Shown piece after piece: positions 1 to 10,110 of a DNA stretch of 64,000 nucleotides; within the stretch, counting starts at the first letter, position 1; each line of letters opens with the position of its first letter. The DNA comes from Candidatus Eiseniibacteriota bacterium (GTDB lineage Bacteria > Eisenbacteria > RBG-16-71-46 > CAZAMP01), in the NCBI GenBank assembly GCA_965224245.1, contig OZ245046.1, positions 5,056,001 through 5,120,000 on the forward strand. Reading direction: 5' to 3'. A model generated the notes under the pieces. It did no database searches, had not been told where the DNA came from, and saw nothing but the letters and a program-made list of their open reading frames with translations. The translations under genes were made by a program, and so were the position numbers.

Positions 1-2
1 GT

Positions 3-665
3 CACGGCGTCAGCGCGGCCAAGCCCTACCTGGGGTCGATGGGGATCTACATGTTCAAGAAGGACGTTCTCATCGAGTGTCTCGCGAACGACCTCGTGGA
101 CTTCGGAAGCCACATCATCCCGGCCGCGGTCGGCGAGCGAACGGTGCAGGCATACTTCTTCGACGGGTACTGGCGCGACATCGGAACGATCGGCGCCTTC
201 TACCATGCGCACATGGATCTGCTCGAGATGGAGCCGCAGTTCGACTTCAACGACTCGAAGTGGCCCTTTTACACCCACCCGCGCTACCTGCCGGGCGCCC
301 GGCTGGACCGCACCACGTTCTCGCGGAGCGTCCTGTCCGAGGGAACGCGGGTGAGCGAATCCACCATCGAGCATTCGATCATCGGGCTGGGGATGACCAT
401 CCGGGCGTCCACGGTGAAGGACTCACTGATCATGGGCGTCGACGCGATCACGCCGCACCCTCCGGCGGGGGCGCCGCCGATCGGCATCGGCGCCGGGAGC
501 CACGTGGAGCGGGCGATCATCGACAAGAACGCACGCATCGGTCGCAACGTGAGCATCGTGAACGCCGACCACGTCGACGAGGGAGATGGCGAGGGCTGGG
601 CGATCCGGGACGGGATCGTGATCGTACCCAAGAACGCGATCATTCCCGACGGCACGGTGATCTGA
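3..665 (+). CDS. glgC: Glucose-1-phosphate adenylyltransferase, C-terminal part (5' end outside the window)
   Basis: Frame is open from the window start. Motifs SMGIY.F, YWRDIGTIGAFY, AIIDKNARIG, DGIVIVPKNAIIPDGTVI. Confidence 0.95.
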   Translation, partial: HGVSAAKPYLGSMGIYMFKKDVLIECLANDLVDFGSHIIPAAVGERTVQAYFFDGYWRDIGTIGAFYHAHMDLLEMEPQFDFNDSKWPFYTHPRYLPGARLDRTTFSRSVLSEGTRVSESTIEHSIIGLGMTIRASTVKDSLIMGVDAITPHPPAGAPPIGIGAGSHVERAIIDKNARIGRNVSIVNADHVDEGDGEGWAIRDGIVIVPKNAIIPDGTVI

Positions 666-906
666 GCTCACCGGCGTCCTCGCGAGCCCCGGACGCCGAC
701 ACGAGGCCCGACTCACTGGACGATGAGCCTCGGACGTGTGGTCTCTGGACGAGGCGACCCGCCGAGCTCCTACGACGGCAGCCGGGCCGAGCTCGTTCCC
801 ATGCCCCGGTCGACGCCACGGTCGGGTTCCGGCTATCATCCCCCGGCTCTGGACGAGACCGGCCGGTGCGATCCGGCCGGCGCCTCAGCGTGGGAGGAGA
901 CGCGGG

Positions 907-2682
907 ATGAGCTCGAACGACGTCAACCGGCAGAGTCGGATCGCGCAATGGGCGTTCGACACACGCGGCGTGCTCGGTCGCTTCCATCTGTGGCTGGAGG
1001 ACGTGGACGAGGTCTTCGAGCTCGGTACGGCGGACATGCCCACCTTCACCGGCTCGGCGCTCGAGCGCGGGCTCGTGATGACGACCGCGGTCACCGCCCT
1101 CGGGACGCGACTCTTCGGCAGCCATGGCGAGGGCGCCGGGACCGACAAGGCCACCCTGAACCGGGTGAAGAAGGACGCCGACGCCGTCTCCGCCTACGCG
1201 ATGAGCGAGGGGCTCTGGTATCTCACCCGGGCGCTCCCCGAGAATCACGCGGTCATGGTCTCGCTCGGCGAGGGCCTGATGCCCAAGGCCGGCGAGACGC
1301 CGGAGATGGGCTCGAATCCCCTGCTCGGCTTCGGGCGCGTGTATGCGCGGCCCGAGGTCGCGCGCTACCTGGACGACCGCGTTCGCGAGCTCCTGAACGA
1401 CGACGGATACGGGTGGGCGGACTTCTGGCGGGACGTCAACGACCGGGGCCTGACCGTGTGGGGCGCCGCGATCGACACCCTCGAGAACACCTCGCGCTTC
1501 GCGAAGGGCAGCTCGACCGGACCGATGGCGGTGCTGCACCTGTTCGATCAGCCGTTGAACGTGGCCAAGCCCTACGAGGGCTACATGGGCTCCCTGACGC
1601 TTCCCAACGCGGTCGTCGCCGAGGCCGAGAAACGGGCGATCCTGTGCGACTACCGCACGCCGCGGGCGAAGGTGCTCGAATGTGCGCTGGCCGCGTATCC
1701 GGGTCTCACGGCCGAGAACGTGCACGTGTGGACGCTGGGCGGCCCCTCGCGCCAGGCGCGGCTCGGGGGTCTGTGGGACGCCTGGCGGTCGCTCGGCGTT
1801 CACGTGGTCGAAGACGGCTGGCGTCTGCCGGGTGGCGGGGAGACCTTCAACGAGTCCGGTACCTACGCGCCGATCTACCGTGTGGGTCCGCTCGACGTGG
1901 ACGGCGAGACGCATCTGTTCCTCTGCGACGGCTACGCCGCGTCGGCCGAAGCGATTCAGGCCGCGAGCCTGGATCCCGTCCTCGACGTGACCACGTCGAT
2001 GGTGCTGTTCTCGTCCGAGTTCGAGGTCTCGTGCGAACGCGAGTCCGAGGTCATGGGGCTCTCGCCGGACGAAGCCTCGTTCGCGCGGGATCTCGCCGCC
2101 GTTCTCGGCCGAGACGTCGACGCCTTGCTCGAGTCGACGTACGCGTCGATCATCCGGCACGCCGCCTCGGCGAACCTGCCGCTGGGGAAGCGCACGCTGA
2201 CCATCGACGACGTGATCCCGATGAAGCAGTGGCGCGTCCTCGCGCTCTCGGGGTGCATGTGCCCCGACCCGTACTCGGGCATGCCGGGCGTGGAGGAGGT
2301 CGCCCCCTCCACGTTTCGGGTGACGGTTCGGGCCGCCACCCGGCAGAAGTGCCGCCGCGTGACGCTCACGCTCCGTCTGATGGAGTCGATGGACGAGTCT
2401 CGACGCGTCTTCTCGCCGCTCCTGGATCGGTTCTACGCCGGAGAGAACTACCGCCAGCGCCCGGTCAAGATCTCCGACTCGGGTCGGATCCGGAACGAGC
2501 TCATGACGTGGTGCTCCGAGGCGCTGGAGTTCAACGCCGACGGCACCATCGGGGTCGATCTCGCGCGTGTCGACGATGCGGTGCTTCCTCCGGACAAGAA
2601 GACGTTCGTGATGGACGTGCTACGCTGGTACCACACGGAGCATCCGTTCTGGTTCAAGTGGCTCTCGCTCTCGGACGGCTGA
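907..2682 (+). CDS. Divergent GlpX-like (class II fructose-1,6-bisphosphatase / sugar phosphatase fold) protein with long extensions
   Basis: ADAVSAYAM, VSLGEG...E.PEM and AIDTLENTSRFAKG resemble the GlpX motifs AD.AAV.AMR, VIGEGE.DEAPML and AVDPLEGT...AKG. ATG 907 follows GGAGGAG. Confidence 0.55.
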   Translation: MSSNDVNRQSRIAQWAFDTRGVLGRFHLWLEDVDEVFELGTADMPTFTGSALERGLVMTTAVTALGTRLFGSHGEGAGTDKATLNRVKKDADAVSAYAMSEGLWYLTRALPENHAVMVSLGEGLMPKAGETPEMGSNPLLGFGRVYARPEVARYLDDRVRELLNDDGYGWADFWRDVNDRGLTVWGAAIDTLENTSRFAKGSSTGPMAVLHLFDQPLNVAKPYEGYMGSLTLPNAVVAEAEKRAILCDYRTPRAKVLECALAAYPGLTAENVHVWTLGGPSRQARLGGLWDAWRSLGVHVVEDGWRLPGGGETFNESGTYAPIYRVGPLDVDGETHLFLCDGYAASAEAIQAASLDPVLDVTTSMVLFSSEFEVSCERESEVMGLSPDEASFARDLAAVLGRDVDALLESTYASIIRHAASANLPLGKRTLTIDDVIPMKQWRVLALSGCMCPDPYSGMPGVEEVAPSTFRVTVRAATRQKCRRVTLTLRLMESMDESRRVFSPLLDRFYAGENYRQRPVKISDSGRIRNELMTWCSEALEFNADGTIGVDLARVDDAVLPPDKKTFVMDVLRWYHTEHPFWFKWLSLSDG

Positions 2683-2794
2683 CCGACGATCGACGGACGA
2701 AGGGCTCGCCGACCCACGCGGAGGTCGACCCGCGGGTGGGCAGGCCGTCGACGTCGATTCGGCGCCGATCCCGGCCGACACGGACACGGACACC

Positions 2795-3898
2795 ATGATC
2801 ACACGCTCGACATCCGGCTCCTCGCGGCCCCGAATCTCGGTCGCGCCGATGATGGACCACACCGACCGGCACTGCCGTTACTTTCACCGGCTCCTCTCTC
2901 GTCGCACGATGCTCTATGCCGAGATGATCAGTCCCGGCGCCATCCTCTTCGGGGATCGCGAACGCTTCCTCCGGTTCGACGAATCCGAGCATCCGGTCGC
3001 GGCGCAGCTCGGGGGCAGCGACGCGGCACAGATGGCCGCGAGCGCCGCCATCGTGACCGAGTTCGGCTACGACGAGGTGAACGTGAACGTCGGCTGCCCG
3101 AGCGACCGGGTTCAGTCGGGGAAGTTCGGCGCCTGCCTGATGAAGGAACCGGCCCTGGTGGCCGACTGCATCCGGGCGATGCGAGACGCGACCGACATCC
3201 CGGTCACGGTGAAGTCCCGCATCGGCGTGGACGACCACGACGCGTACGAGGACCTGGCCGAGTTCGTGTCCGCGGTCGCGGCGGCGGGGTGCCGGACGTT
3301 CATCGTGCACGCACGCAAGGCGTGGCTCGAGGGGCTCAGCCCGAAGCAGAATCGCGAGGTGCCCCCGCTTCGCTACGACGTCGTGTTCCGTCTGAAACGG
3401 GACTTCCCGGGGCTGAACATCGAGATCAACGGCGGCGTGACGTCGCTCGATCAGGCGGAGATGCTCCTGGCCGAGACCACCGGGGTGAGGCTCGACGGCG
3501 TGATGATCGGACGGGAGGCGTACTCGAATCCGTGGATCCTGGCCGACGTGGATCGGCGCTTCTACGGCGAGCCCGAGGTCTCACGCTCACGCCTGGACAT
3601 CCTCGAGGCGTACCTGCCGTACGTGGCCGCCGAGCGCGCGGCAGGTGTCCGTCTGGCACCTCTCGTCAAGCCGATCCTGGGTCTGTTCCAGGGGCAGCCG
3701 GGTGCGAGGCGGTGGCGGCGGGGCCTGAGCGAGTCGGTTCCGCCGGATGCGGGCGCGGAGTTCGTCAGAGCGTGCGCCGCGCACGTGCGATCGGCCGGCA
3801 CGTCGCGGCCGGGCGCCTCGCGCTCTCCGATCGAGCGTGACGAGGGCCGCGAGCGTGACCGCGATCGCGTATGCGGACGCGCCACGCGCACCGGCTAG
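2795..3898 (+). CDS. dusA: tRNA dihydrouridine(20/20a) synthase
   Basis: VAPMMDHTDRHCRYF, NVGCPSDRVQSG.FGACLM, IVHARKAWL.GLSPKQNREVPPL, GVMIGR.AY. Confidence 0.93.
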   Translation: MITRSTSGSSRPRISVAPMMDHTDRHCRYFHRLLSRRTMLYAEMISPGAILFGDRERFLRFDESEHPVAAQLGGSDAAQMAASAAIVTEFGYDEVNVNVGCPSDRVQSGKFGACLMKEPALVADCIRAMRDATDIPVTVKSRIGVDDHDAYEDLAEFVSAVAAAGCRTFIVHARKAWLEGLSPKQNREVPPLRYDVVFRLKRDFPGLNIEINGGVTSLDQAEMLLAETTGVRLDGVMIGREAYSNPWILADVDRRFYGEPEVSRSRLDILEAYLPYVAAERAAGVRLAPLVKPILGLFQGQPGARRWRRGLSESVPPDAGAEFVRACAAHVRSAGTSRPGASRSPIERDEGRERDRDRVCGRATRTG

Positions 3899-3963
3899 CG
3901 CGGAGCGCCCGCCGCCACGACCACGCACCGGACCGACCCGCCGCCCGGAGAGCGACAGTCCGA

Positions 3964-4842
3964 TCAGTGTCGCGATACGTCGATCCGGTTCGCGATCGTC
4001 CCGATCCCGTCCACGGTGCACTCGACGAGATCGCCGGCGCGCAGGAAGCGCGGGGGTGTCTCGGCCACTCCCACCCCGGCGGGGGTGCCGGTTGCGATGA
4101 CGTCACCGGGAAGCAGCTCCACCACCGCGGAGATTGCCGCGAGCGCGTCCGCGACGCCGAAGATCATGTCCGACGTGCCGGCGCGCTGCACAACCGCACC
4201 GTTGACCCGGCACTCGATCGAGAGATCCTGCGGATCGGACAGCTCGTCCGAGGTGACGATCCAGGGGCCCATCGGACACGACCGGGGCAGGCTCTTGCTC
4301 AGGTAGTACTGGCGATGTCGCTCCTGGAGGTCGCGCGCGGTCACGTCGTTGACCACGGCGTAGCCGAACACGTGCCCCAGCGCGCGCTCGCGCGGAACGC
4401 GATGCGCGGCGTGACCCACCACGACCGCGAGCTCGACCTCGTGATCGAGCGCGTGGGCGAGGCTCTCGTCCACCGCGATCGGGTCGAACGGTCCGGTGAG
4501 GCTGTCGCCGGACTTCGCGAACACGATGGGCGCCTCGGGGAGCCGGATCGGTCGCCCGCGAGACGCGTAGATCTCCTCGGCATGGCCTCGGTAGTTCAGT
4601 CCGAGCGCGAGAAACGACCGGGGGCTCTCGATCGGGGTCTCGAGCGAGACGTCGTCGAGCGACATCGCGCGGTTGCTTCCGACCCAGGCGGCGACGCGTT
4701 CGCCGCGATCGCGGCCGCTCAGAGCCGTGATCACGTCGCGCATCGCGGACGGCGCGTCGTCTCCGTCGAGGAGGGTGACCGAATCGCCGTCCACGATCCC
4801 GATCCGGGTCCGTCCCTCGCTCCGGACACGAGCCCACTTCAC
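3964..4842 (-). CDS. Fumarylacetoacetate hydrolase family protein
   Basis: GLNY..HA.E, DHEVELAVVVG, NDVTARDLQ, PMGPWIVT, LPGDVIATGTPAGVG. Confidence 0.9.
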   Translation of the reverse strand: MKWARVRSEGRTRIGIVDGDSVTLLDGDDAPSAMRDVITALSGRDRGERVAAWVGSNRAMSLDDVSLETPIESPRSFLALGLNYRGHAEEIYASRGRPIRLPEAPIVFAKSGDSLTGPFDPIAVDESLAHALDHEVELAVVVGHAAHRVPRERALGHVFGYAVVNDVTARDLQERHRQYYLSKSLPRSCPMGPWIVTSDELSDPQDLSIECRVNGAVVQRAGTSDMIFGVADALAAISAVVELLPGDVIATGTPAGVGVAETPPRFLRAGDLVECTVDGIGTIANRIDVSRH

Positions 4843-4854
4843 GGCGTCACGACC

Positions 4855-6135
4855 TCAGGTCGCGTCCTTCGCGAGACGGATGCCCGTGAACTGCCACCGT
4901 GCGCCCGGCGCGAAGAAGTTGCGATACGTGCTCCGGATGTGCGTGACCGACGTCGCGCACGACCCGCCCCGCAGCACCATCTGGTTGCACATGAACTTCC
5001 CGTTGTACTCGCCGAGCGCGCCTTCCGCGACGCGGTAGCCGGGATAGGGCGTGTACGGGCTCTGCGTCCACTCCCAGGTGTCTCCGAAGAGCTGCGCGGG
5101 ATGGTCGTCGGCCATGTCGTCGGTCGCGTCGGGATGGAGCTTCTCGGACTCGACGAAGTTGCCGCGGGTCGGGGCTCCCGATGCGGCGATCTCCCACTCC
5201 GCCTCGGTCGCGAGCCGCACGCCGGCCCAGCGCGCGTACGCGTCGGCCTCGAACAGACTCACGTGGGTGACCGGCCGGTGCGGATCCACCTCGGCGAACC
5301 CGTTCAGCGTCAGGTGATGCCAGCGACCGTCGATCTTCTCCCAGTACAGAGGGGCTCGCCAGCCCTGGGCGCCCACCGTGGCCCAGCCCTCCGACAGCCA
5401 GAGCTGCGGCGTCTGGTAGCCCCCGTCGTCGATGAAGCGAACGTACTCGCCCGCGGTGACCAGGCGGGACGCGAGCCGGAACGCATCCACGAACACGCGA
5501 TGGCGAGGTCCCTCGTTGTCGAAGGCGAACCCGTCGCCGTGGTGCCCGATCTCACGAATGCCCTCGTCGTACGCGTGCCACGCCATCGCTGCCGGCCTGG
5601 CCGCGGGCGGCGACGATCGCGCGCGATAGGCGGGCCGAAGCGGGTTGAACGACAACACGTGCTTGATGTCGGTGACGATCAGCTCCTGGTGCTGCTGCTC
5701 GTGTTGAAGCCCGATCTCGATCACCGCCGCCAGGGGGTGACCGGGATCCAGCGATCCCAGCAGTCGGGTCATCGCGTCGTCCACCTGCTCGCGATAGCGG
5801 AGCACGTCCGCCAGTCCGGGGCGCGAGACGAGCCCCCGTCGCGGTCTCGGATACTGGTCGCCGACGGTGTTGTAATACGAGTTGAAGAGGACGCGGTACG
5901 CGTCGTCGAAGGGCGTGTAACCCCTCACCGCGTCGGACAGCACGAACGTCTCGAAGAACCACGTCGTGTGCGCGAGGTGCCACTTGGTCGGCGACGCGTC
6001 GGTCATCGACTGGACCGTGCAGTCCTCCGGGGACAGCGGCTGGCGGATCCAGTCGGACATCGCGCGCACGGTGCGATACCGCTCGAGCAGCGTCCGGTTG
6101 GCCGACGCGACCGTCGGTTGGGCCATCGTGCCCAT
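4855..6135 (-). CDS. egtB: Ergothioneine biosynthesis sulfoxide synthase (DinB_2 + FGE-sulfatase domains)
   Basis: QSM.DASPTKWHLAHTTWFFETF, HEQQHQEL iron-binding motif, EYNGKFM.NQMVLRGGS. Start ATG at 6135 chosen after an AAGGAG RBS. Confidence 0.9.
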   Translation of the reverse strand: MGTMAQPTVASANRTLLERYRTVRAMSDWIRQPLSPEDCTVQSMTDASPTKWHLAHTTWFFETFVLSDAVRGYTPFDDAYRVLFNSYYNTVGDQYPRPRRGLVSRPGLADVLRYREQVDDAMTRLLGSLDPGHPLAAVIEIGLQHEQQHQELIVTDIKHVLSFNPLRPAYRARSSPPAARPAAMAWHAYDEGIREIGHHGDGFAFDNEGPRHRVFVDAFRLASRLVTAGEYVRFIDDGGYQTPQLWLSEGWATVGAQGWRAPLYWEKIDGRWHHLTLNGFAEVDPHRPVTHVSLFEADAYARWAGVRLATEAEWEIAASGAPTRGNFVESEKLHPDATDDMADDHPAQLFGDTWEWTQSPYTPYPGYRVAEGALGEYNGKFMCNQMVLRGGSCATSVTHIRSTYRNFFAPGARWQFTGIRLAKDAT

Positions 6136-6221
6136 CGAGGATACTCCTTGTCGAATGCGATCGGTGACGGGCGCGGCCAAACGCCGCGAACCCGGAAGCT
6201 CGTCCTGTGCGGGTGTCCCCG

Positions 6222-6704
6222 TCAGTGATCGGAATGCCCGGTCTCGTCGTCGTCGCCGTGGTCGCCGCCGACGCCGTTGGTGCCGGACCACCGCGCCAGC
6301 GCGTCGAGGTCGGCGTCGGTGAGGGTCGCGTCACGATGCAGCAGACGATACAGCTTCGGCGGCATGTGCCCCTCGGCGGCCTCCTCGAGGGACTCCTCGG
6401 CCATGTGACGCCGGCGTCCCGCCGGCACCTCGTGCCAGGTCGACAGATTCATCTTGGCGCGCGCCTCGGTCACGTCGTGGGAGATCAGCCACGAGACGGG
6501 AGCCACGTGCGCGTACCACGGCCGCTGCGTCCGATTCGAATGGCAGTCGTAGCACGCGCGTTCGAGTACGGCTCGCGCATCGGCGGGAATGTCGGGATCT
6601 CGGTGCTCCGGCGGATTCGAACGTTCGACTGGAACGACTTGAAACGCGGCGAGGACCACGACCACGAGCCCCACGACCTGATGACGACGACGCATTGCCA
6701 GCAT
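6222..6704 (-). CDS. Haem-binding domain (Haem_bd) c-type cytochrome
   Basis: ACYDCHSN.T..PWY..VAPVSW, MPP..Y..LH, N-terminal hydrophobic anchor. Confidence 0.85.
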   Translation of the reverse strand: MLAMRRRHQVVGLVVVVLAAFQVVPVERSNPPEHRDPDIPADARAVLERACYDCHSNRTQRPWYAHVAPVSWLISHDVTEARAKMNLSTWHEVPAGRRRHMAEESLEEAAEGHMPPKLYRLLHRDATLTDADLDALARWSGTNGVGGDHGDDDETGHSDH

Positions 6705-6797
6705 ACCTTTCGAGTAGCGAGTCGAGAGTCTGGCAGCGCGGCCGGCCGGTGTAAAGCCCTCCCGGCCTCGGGGCTCGCGCGTCCGTCGAGGCCGACG

Positions 6798-8033
6798 TCA
6801 CGTTCGCCGCCGCGCGTCCTGCAGGACGATCGCGGCGACGGCGACGAGAATCAGCACCATCACGACGGTCAACACGGCGGGATGGCGTCGCACCCACTCC
6901 CAGCCGATTCCGGGCGGCGAGTAGCGGGGGTTCGTGACCTCGGGACCCAGAGCCGCGAGCTCGAACGCCTCGGTCCGCATCACGACGTCCTGCTCGACGG
7001 CGCCGGAGCTTCCCAGAAACGGGTCACCGTAGTTGATCCACAACCGCGTCGCATCGGACGGAACGCGAAGCACGATGCGGGTCGGAACGACCTCCACGGC
7101 GAGCGGTGTGAACGGCGCCGTCGCACCGCCCGCGCCGACGACGGACACCCGAATCCCCGATGCGCGCTGCGGGGAGAACGTCACGTGTCGGTTGCTCTCA
7201 CGGCGACGTGCCTGGGTCTCACCCGGGTCGACGGACCGCCACCGATCCGGCGCGACCTCCAGCTCGATCATGAGACGGTTGAACGCGCTCTCGTCGGTCG
7301 GCTCGACGACGACGCCGGCGACCCATCGCGATGCGACGAGGTCCAGGCGATGGCCCCACCGGTCACCGCGAAGCTCGGCGGTCGGCGTGAACGCGGCGTG
7401 CCGTCGGGGCGCAGGCTCGGTCGACTCGGTGTACAGCATCGCACCGGGCAACGACGCCCCGGCGTTCGTCGGTCCGACGAGCCGGACGTGACGTGGTGGC
7501 CGCGCGGGAAGCCGGACCACGGTCAACGTTCCCGTGACGTCGCCGAGCGTGGATACCTCGGCTTCCAGGGGCGCCCAGCGTCGCCCGGTCCGGCCCCCGA
7601 GCACGTGGATCGACGCCGGTCGGCCGAGCGCGGCAGCGTCGGGTATCACGACCAGCGCGGACACGGTCGTCGACTCGAGCTCGACGTCGAGCACGGGACC
7701 GGCGTTGGGATCGTCGTGCCAGGTCAGGGAATCGCTCCCCAGCGCCCTCCACCGCACGTCGGTGTCCCTCGGCAGGGTCGTGAAGTGTGGCACCAGGTGC
7801 CCCGCGTCATCCGACACCCGGACGTCGGCGAACTCGTTCGTGGCGGCGGCCAGCGAGTCGTCAGCGAGTACGGTGATCCAGCGGCCGGCGAGCTCGGCCG
7901 CGTCGATCTCGATCGGACGGCGGTGAGGGAGGCGTCGTAGCGGATCCTCGCCGGTGTCGTCGGCTCTCGAGGGGGTCGTCACGGCCAGGGCCGCGGCGAT
8001 CGCGACGATCTCGAGACCGAGCTTGCGCCTCAC
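6798..8033 (-). CDS. Exported protein with a C-terminal membrane anchor (DUF3999-like partner of DUF2339)
   Basis: GTG 8033 overlaps the upstream TGA. Signal peptide, ADVRV.D..G..VP motif, C-terminal TM helix followed by RRR. Confidence 0.6.
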   Translation of the reverse strand: MRRKLGLEIVAIAAALAVTTPSRADDTGEDPLRRLPHRRPIEIDAAELAGRWITVLADDSLAAATNEFADVRVSDDAGHLVPHFTTLPRDTDVRWRALGSDSLTWHDDPNAGPVLDVELESTTVSALVVIPDAAALGRPASIHVLGGRTGRRWAPLEAEVSTLGDVTGTLTVVRLPARPPRHVRLVGPTNAGASLPGAMLYTESTEPAPRRHAAFTPTAELRGDRWGHRLDLVASRWVAGVVVEPTDESAFNRLMIELEVAPDRWRSVDPGETQARRRESNRHVTFSPQRASGIRVSVVGAGGATAPFTPLAVEVVPTRIVLRVPSDATRLWINYGDPFLGSSGAVEQDVVMRTEAFELAALGPEVTNPRYSPPGIGWEWVRRHPAVLTVVMVLILVAVAAIVLQDARRRT

Positions 8034-9865
8034 GTCGATCGCTCGCGTTGATAGAGAAGCGAGATCGCCAGGAGGAGAAGCCCCACCCCCACGAAGGTCG
8101 CGATGCGATAGCCCTCGCGCAGAACGTCGATGTCGAACGCGAAGACCTTCAAAACGAGCACGCCGAGAACGGCCACGCCGAGCAGGCGAAGCGGGCGGTA
8201 GGACGTGAGAAATCCCACCAGGATCAACGCGCCCGCGTACACGGCCCAGATCAGCGACAGCGTCATCAACATCGGAAGGCGCAGGCTTCCGGGTGCGCTG
8301 ACGACGGCCTCGCGCGCGCCGAAGGTGGCGATGGTCTCGATGGACACCCGCCACAGGAACACCGACGGGGCAACGAGCGCGAGCGTCGTCAGGAGCGAGC
8401 GTTCGGTGGGAGAGAGTGCGTCCCGATGTCGGTGCAGCTGCCGGGCCGCGAACCCGATCGCCGCCGCGGTCAGCGTGCCGACCAGGAACGACACGTTCAG
8501 CACCGGATGCTCGAGGGACGCCGACGAGGTCAGATCCCGGGTGTCGAAGACCAGCACCCGGAACACCGACAGCACGAACACGCCGAGTCCCATCGCGCGA
8601 TGGGGCCCGCTCCCGAGCCGGAGACCCGAGACCACCAGCGCGGTGCCGAGAAGCGTCCAGGCCAGCGTCGTGGACTCGGCGTCGAAGTGGCAGGGCACGG
8701 CGACGACGGCGAGGACGATTCCCGTGTAGTGCGTCAGTCGCGACGCGGGCGATCGCGTGGCCGGCGTCCAGCCGGCACGACCCAGCACCACGTAGATCAA
8801 CGCCAGGAGCGCGATGGCGATGCCGCGTAGCGGGGCCGCGTTCGGGGTCAGCGCGGCGTACAGGACGGCCGCATACCCCAGCCCGTTGCCCGCCACGATG
8901 AGGCTCTCCACGCCACTCCACGGCGTGCGGGGCGAGTCCGCCGCACCGTGTCGCGCGACGAACGGGAGCGCGGCGAAGGCGAGCCACAGCGGGGTGACGC
9001 CCGCCAGCGCCGCGCCGACGGCATCCGCCGAGAAGCTCCGATCCCACCAGTGGAGGATCTGGAGCGCGACCCCCGCGAACGTGACGAGCGGGAGTGGAAC
9101 CCAGCGCCGCCGGGTCGCGACCGCCAGGGCGCCCACCGTGCAGATGATCAGGTACGGAAACAGGAACGGCGCGGGATTGCCGGGCGCGGACAGGAAGGCC
9201 GGCGTCGCGAGCGCGCCGGTCGTGGTCAGAATGGCCACCGAGATCGCGTCGTGACGAAGCGACGACACGGTGCCGATGGCGGCGACGGCCAGAAGAAACG
9301 GATACACCACGGTGGCCGGGACCAGCGCGTGGAACCCGTGCGCGGCGTAGGCGGCGAGGAACAGGAGCGCGATGCCACCGCCCAGGAGGCCACGGCCGAG
9401 AAAGCGCTGGGCCCGCGACGACAGGAGCGTTCCGGTCACCACGAACACGAACGCGACCAGCGTTCCCAGGAGGACCTGTCCCGTGCCGGCCAGGGCGCCC
9501 GTGCCGAGGTCGGCGGCCAGGAAGAAGGCGGTCCCGAAGAACACGGCCATGATCCCGACCCACGTGAGCCACTGTCCCCCGATCAGCGCCTCGAGGTCCC
9601 GGCGCTCGCGGGGGGTGCGGGGGCGGGGCTCGACGCGTCGACGCGGCGCGGCCGGCGCCGACGTCTCGGCGGCGACGGGGGCCGCGGGCGCCGGGGCGCT
9701 CGGCGGCGTCTCGACCGCGCCGAGCGAGGTCGCGGTCCGGCCGCCGAGGGCGCGGAGCTCGGCCCGGACGCGCTTCATGTCGCTTCGCAGCACGAGCGCC
9801 ACGATCAGCGCCACCGGACCGGACAGGACGAGCCCGATCGCGAGGATGAGCATCATCACTTCCAT
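8030..9865 (-). CDS. DUF2339 polytopic membrane protein
   Basis: [14 protein letters not shown], many TM segments, KVF.FD..L...YRI.TF.GVG.LLL..S..YQR terminus. Confidence 0.85.
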   Translation of the reverse strand: MEVMMLILAIGLVLSGPVALIVALVLRSDMKRVRAELRALGGRTATSLGAVETPPSAPAPAAPVAAETSAPAAPRRRVEPRPRTPRERRDLEALIGGQWLTWVGIMAVFFGTAFFLAADLGTGALAGTGQVLLGTLVAFVFVVTGTLLSSRAQRFLGRGLLGGGIALLFLAAYAAHGFHALVPATVVYPFLLAVAAIGTVSSLRHDAISVAILTTTGALATPAFLSAPGNPAPFLFPYLIICTVGALAVATRRRWVPLPLVTFAGVALQILHWWDRSFSADAVGAALAGVTPLWLAFAALPFVARHGAADSPRTPWSGVESLIVAGNGLGYAAVLYAALTPNAAPLRGIAIALLALIYVVLGRAGWTPATRSPASRLTHYTGIVLAVVAVPCHFDAESTTLAWTLLGTALVVSGLRLGSGPHRAMGLGVFVLSVFRVLVFDTRDLTSSASLEHPVLNVSFLVGTLTAAAIGFAARQLHRHRDALSPTERSLLTTLALVAPSVFLWRVSIETIATFGAREAVVSAPGSLRLPMLMTLSLIWAVYAGALILVGFLTSYRPLRLLGVAVLGVLVLKVFAFDIDVLREGYRIATFVGVGLLLLAISLLYQRERST

Positions 9866-10016
9866 GATCCTCAGCCTACGAGGTCGCCGCCGGCCGCGCC
9901 AGAGGGAACATCGGGACCCATAACTTATTATCATGAAACGATTTGATTCGCGGACTGCCCGCGCGGGCGGGACTGCCGCCGACCCCGCCGGGCCGCGAAC
10001 TTTCTTCGCCCGCCGA

Positions 10017-10042
10017 TGCAACCCCTTACTCCGACACCCGTA
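10017..10042 (+). promoter_or_regulatory. ECF sigma factor (SigW/RpoE-type) promoter candidate
   Basis: TGCAAC-N16-CGTA about 70 nt upstream of ATG 10111. Confidence 0.55.
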
Positions 10043-10110
10043 GTTGATGCCATCGAGGCCCCCAAGACCTCGCTCGGCTTTGCCCCCAGGAAACGAGTGG
10101 AGTAACCGTC

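Noticed and set aside
4855-6135. Selenoneine synthase SenA or ovothiol synthase OvoA
   Set aside because: No senB or selD neighbours and no C-terminal methyltransferase domain; the motifs fit ordinary EgtB.
9919-9936. AT-rich ATAACTTATTATCAT as a Fur box
   Set aside because: Only one half-site matches; it is more simply a -10 element (GATAAT on the minus strand) for the DUF2339 gene.
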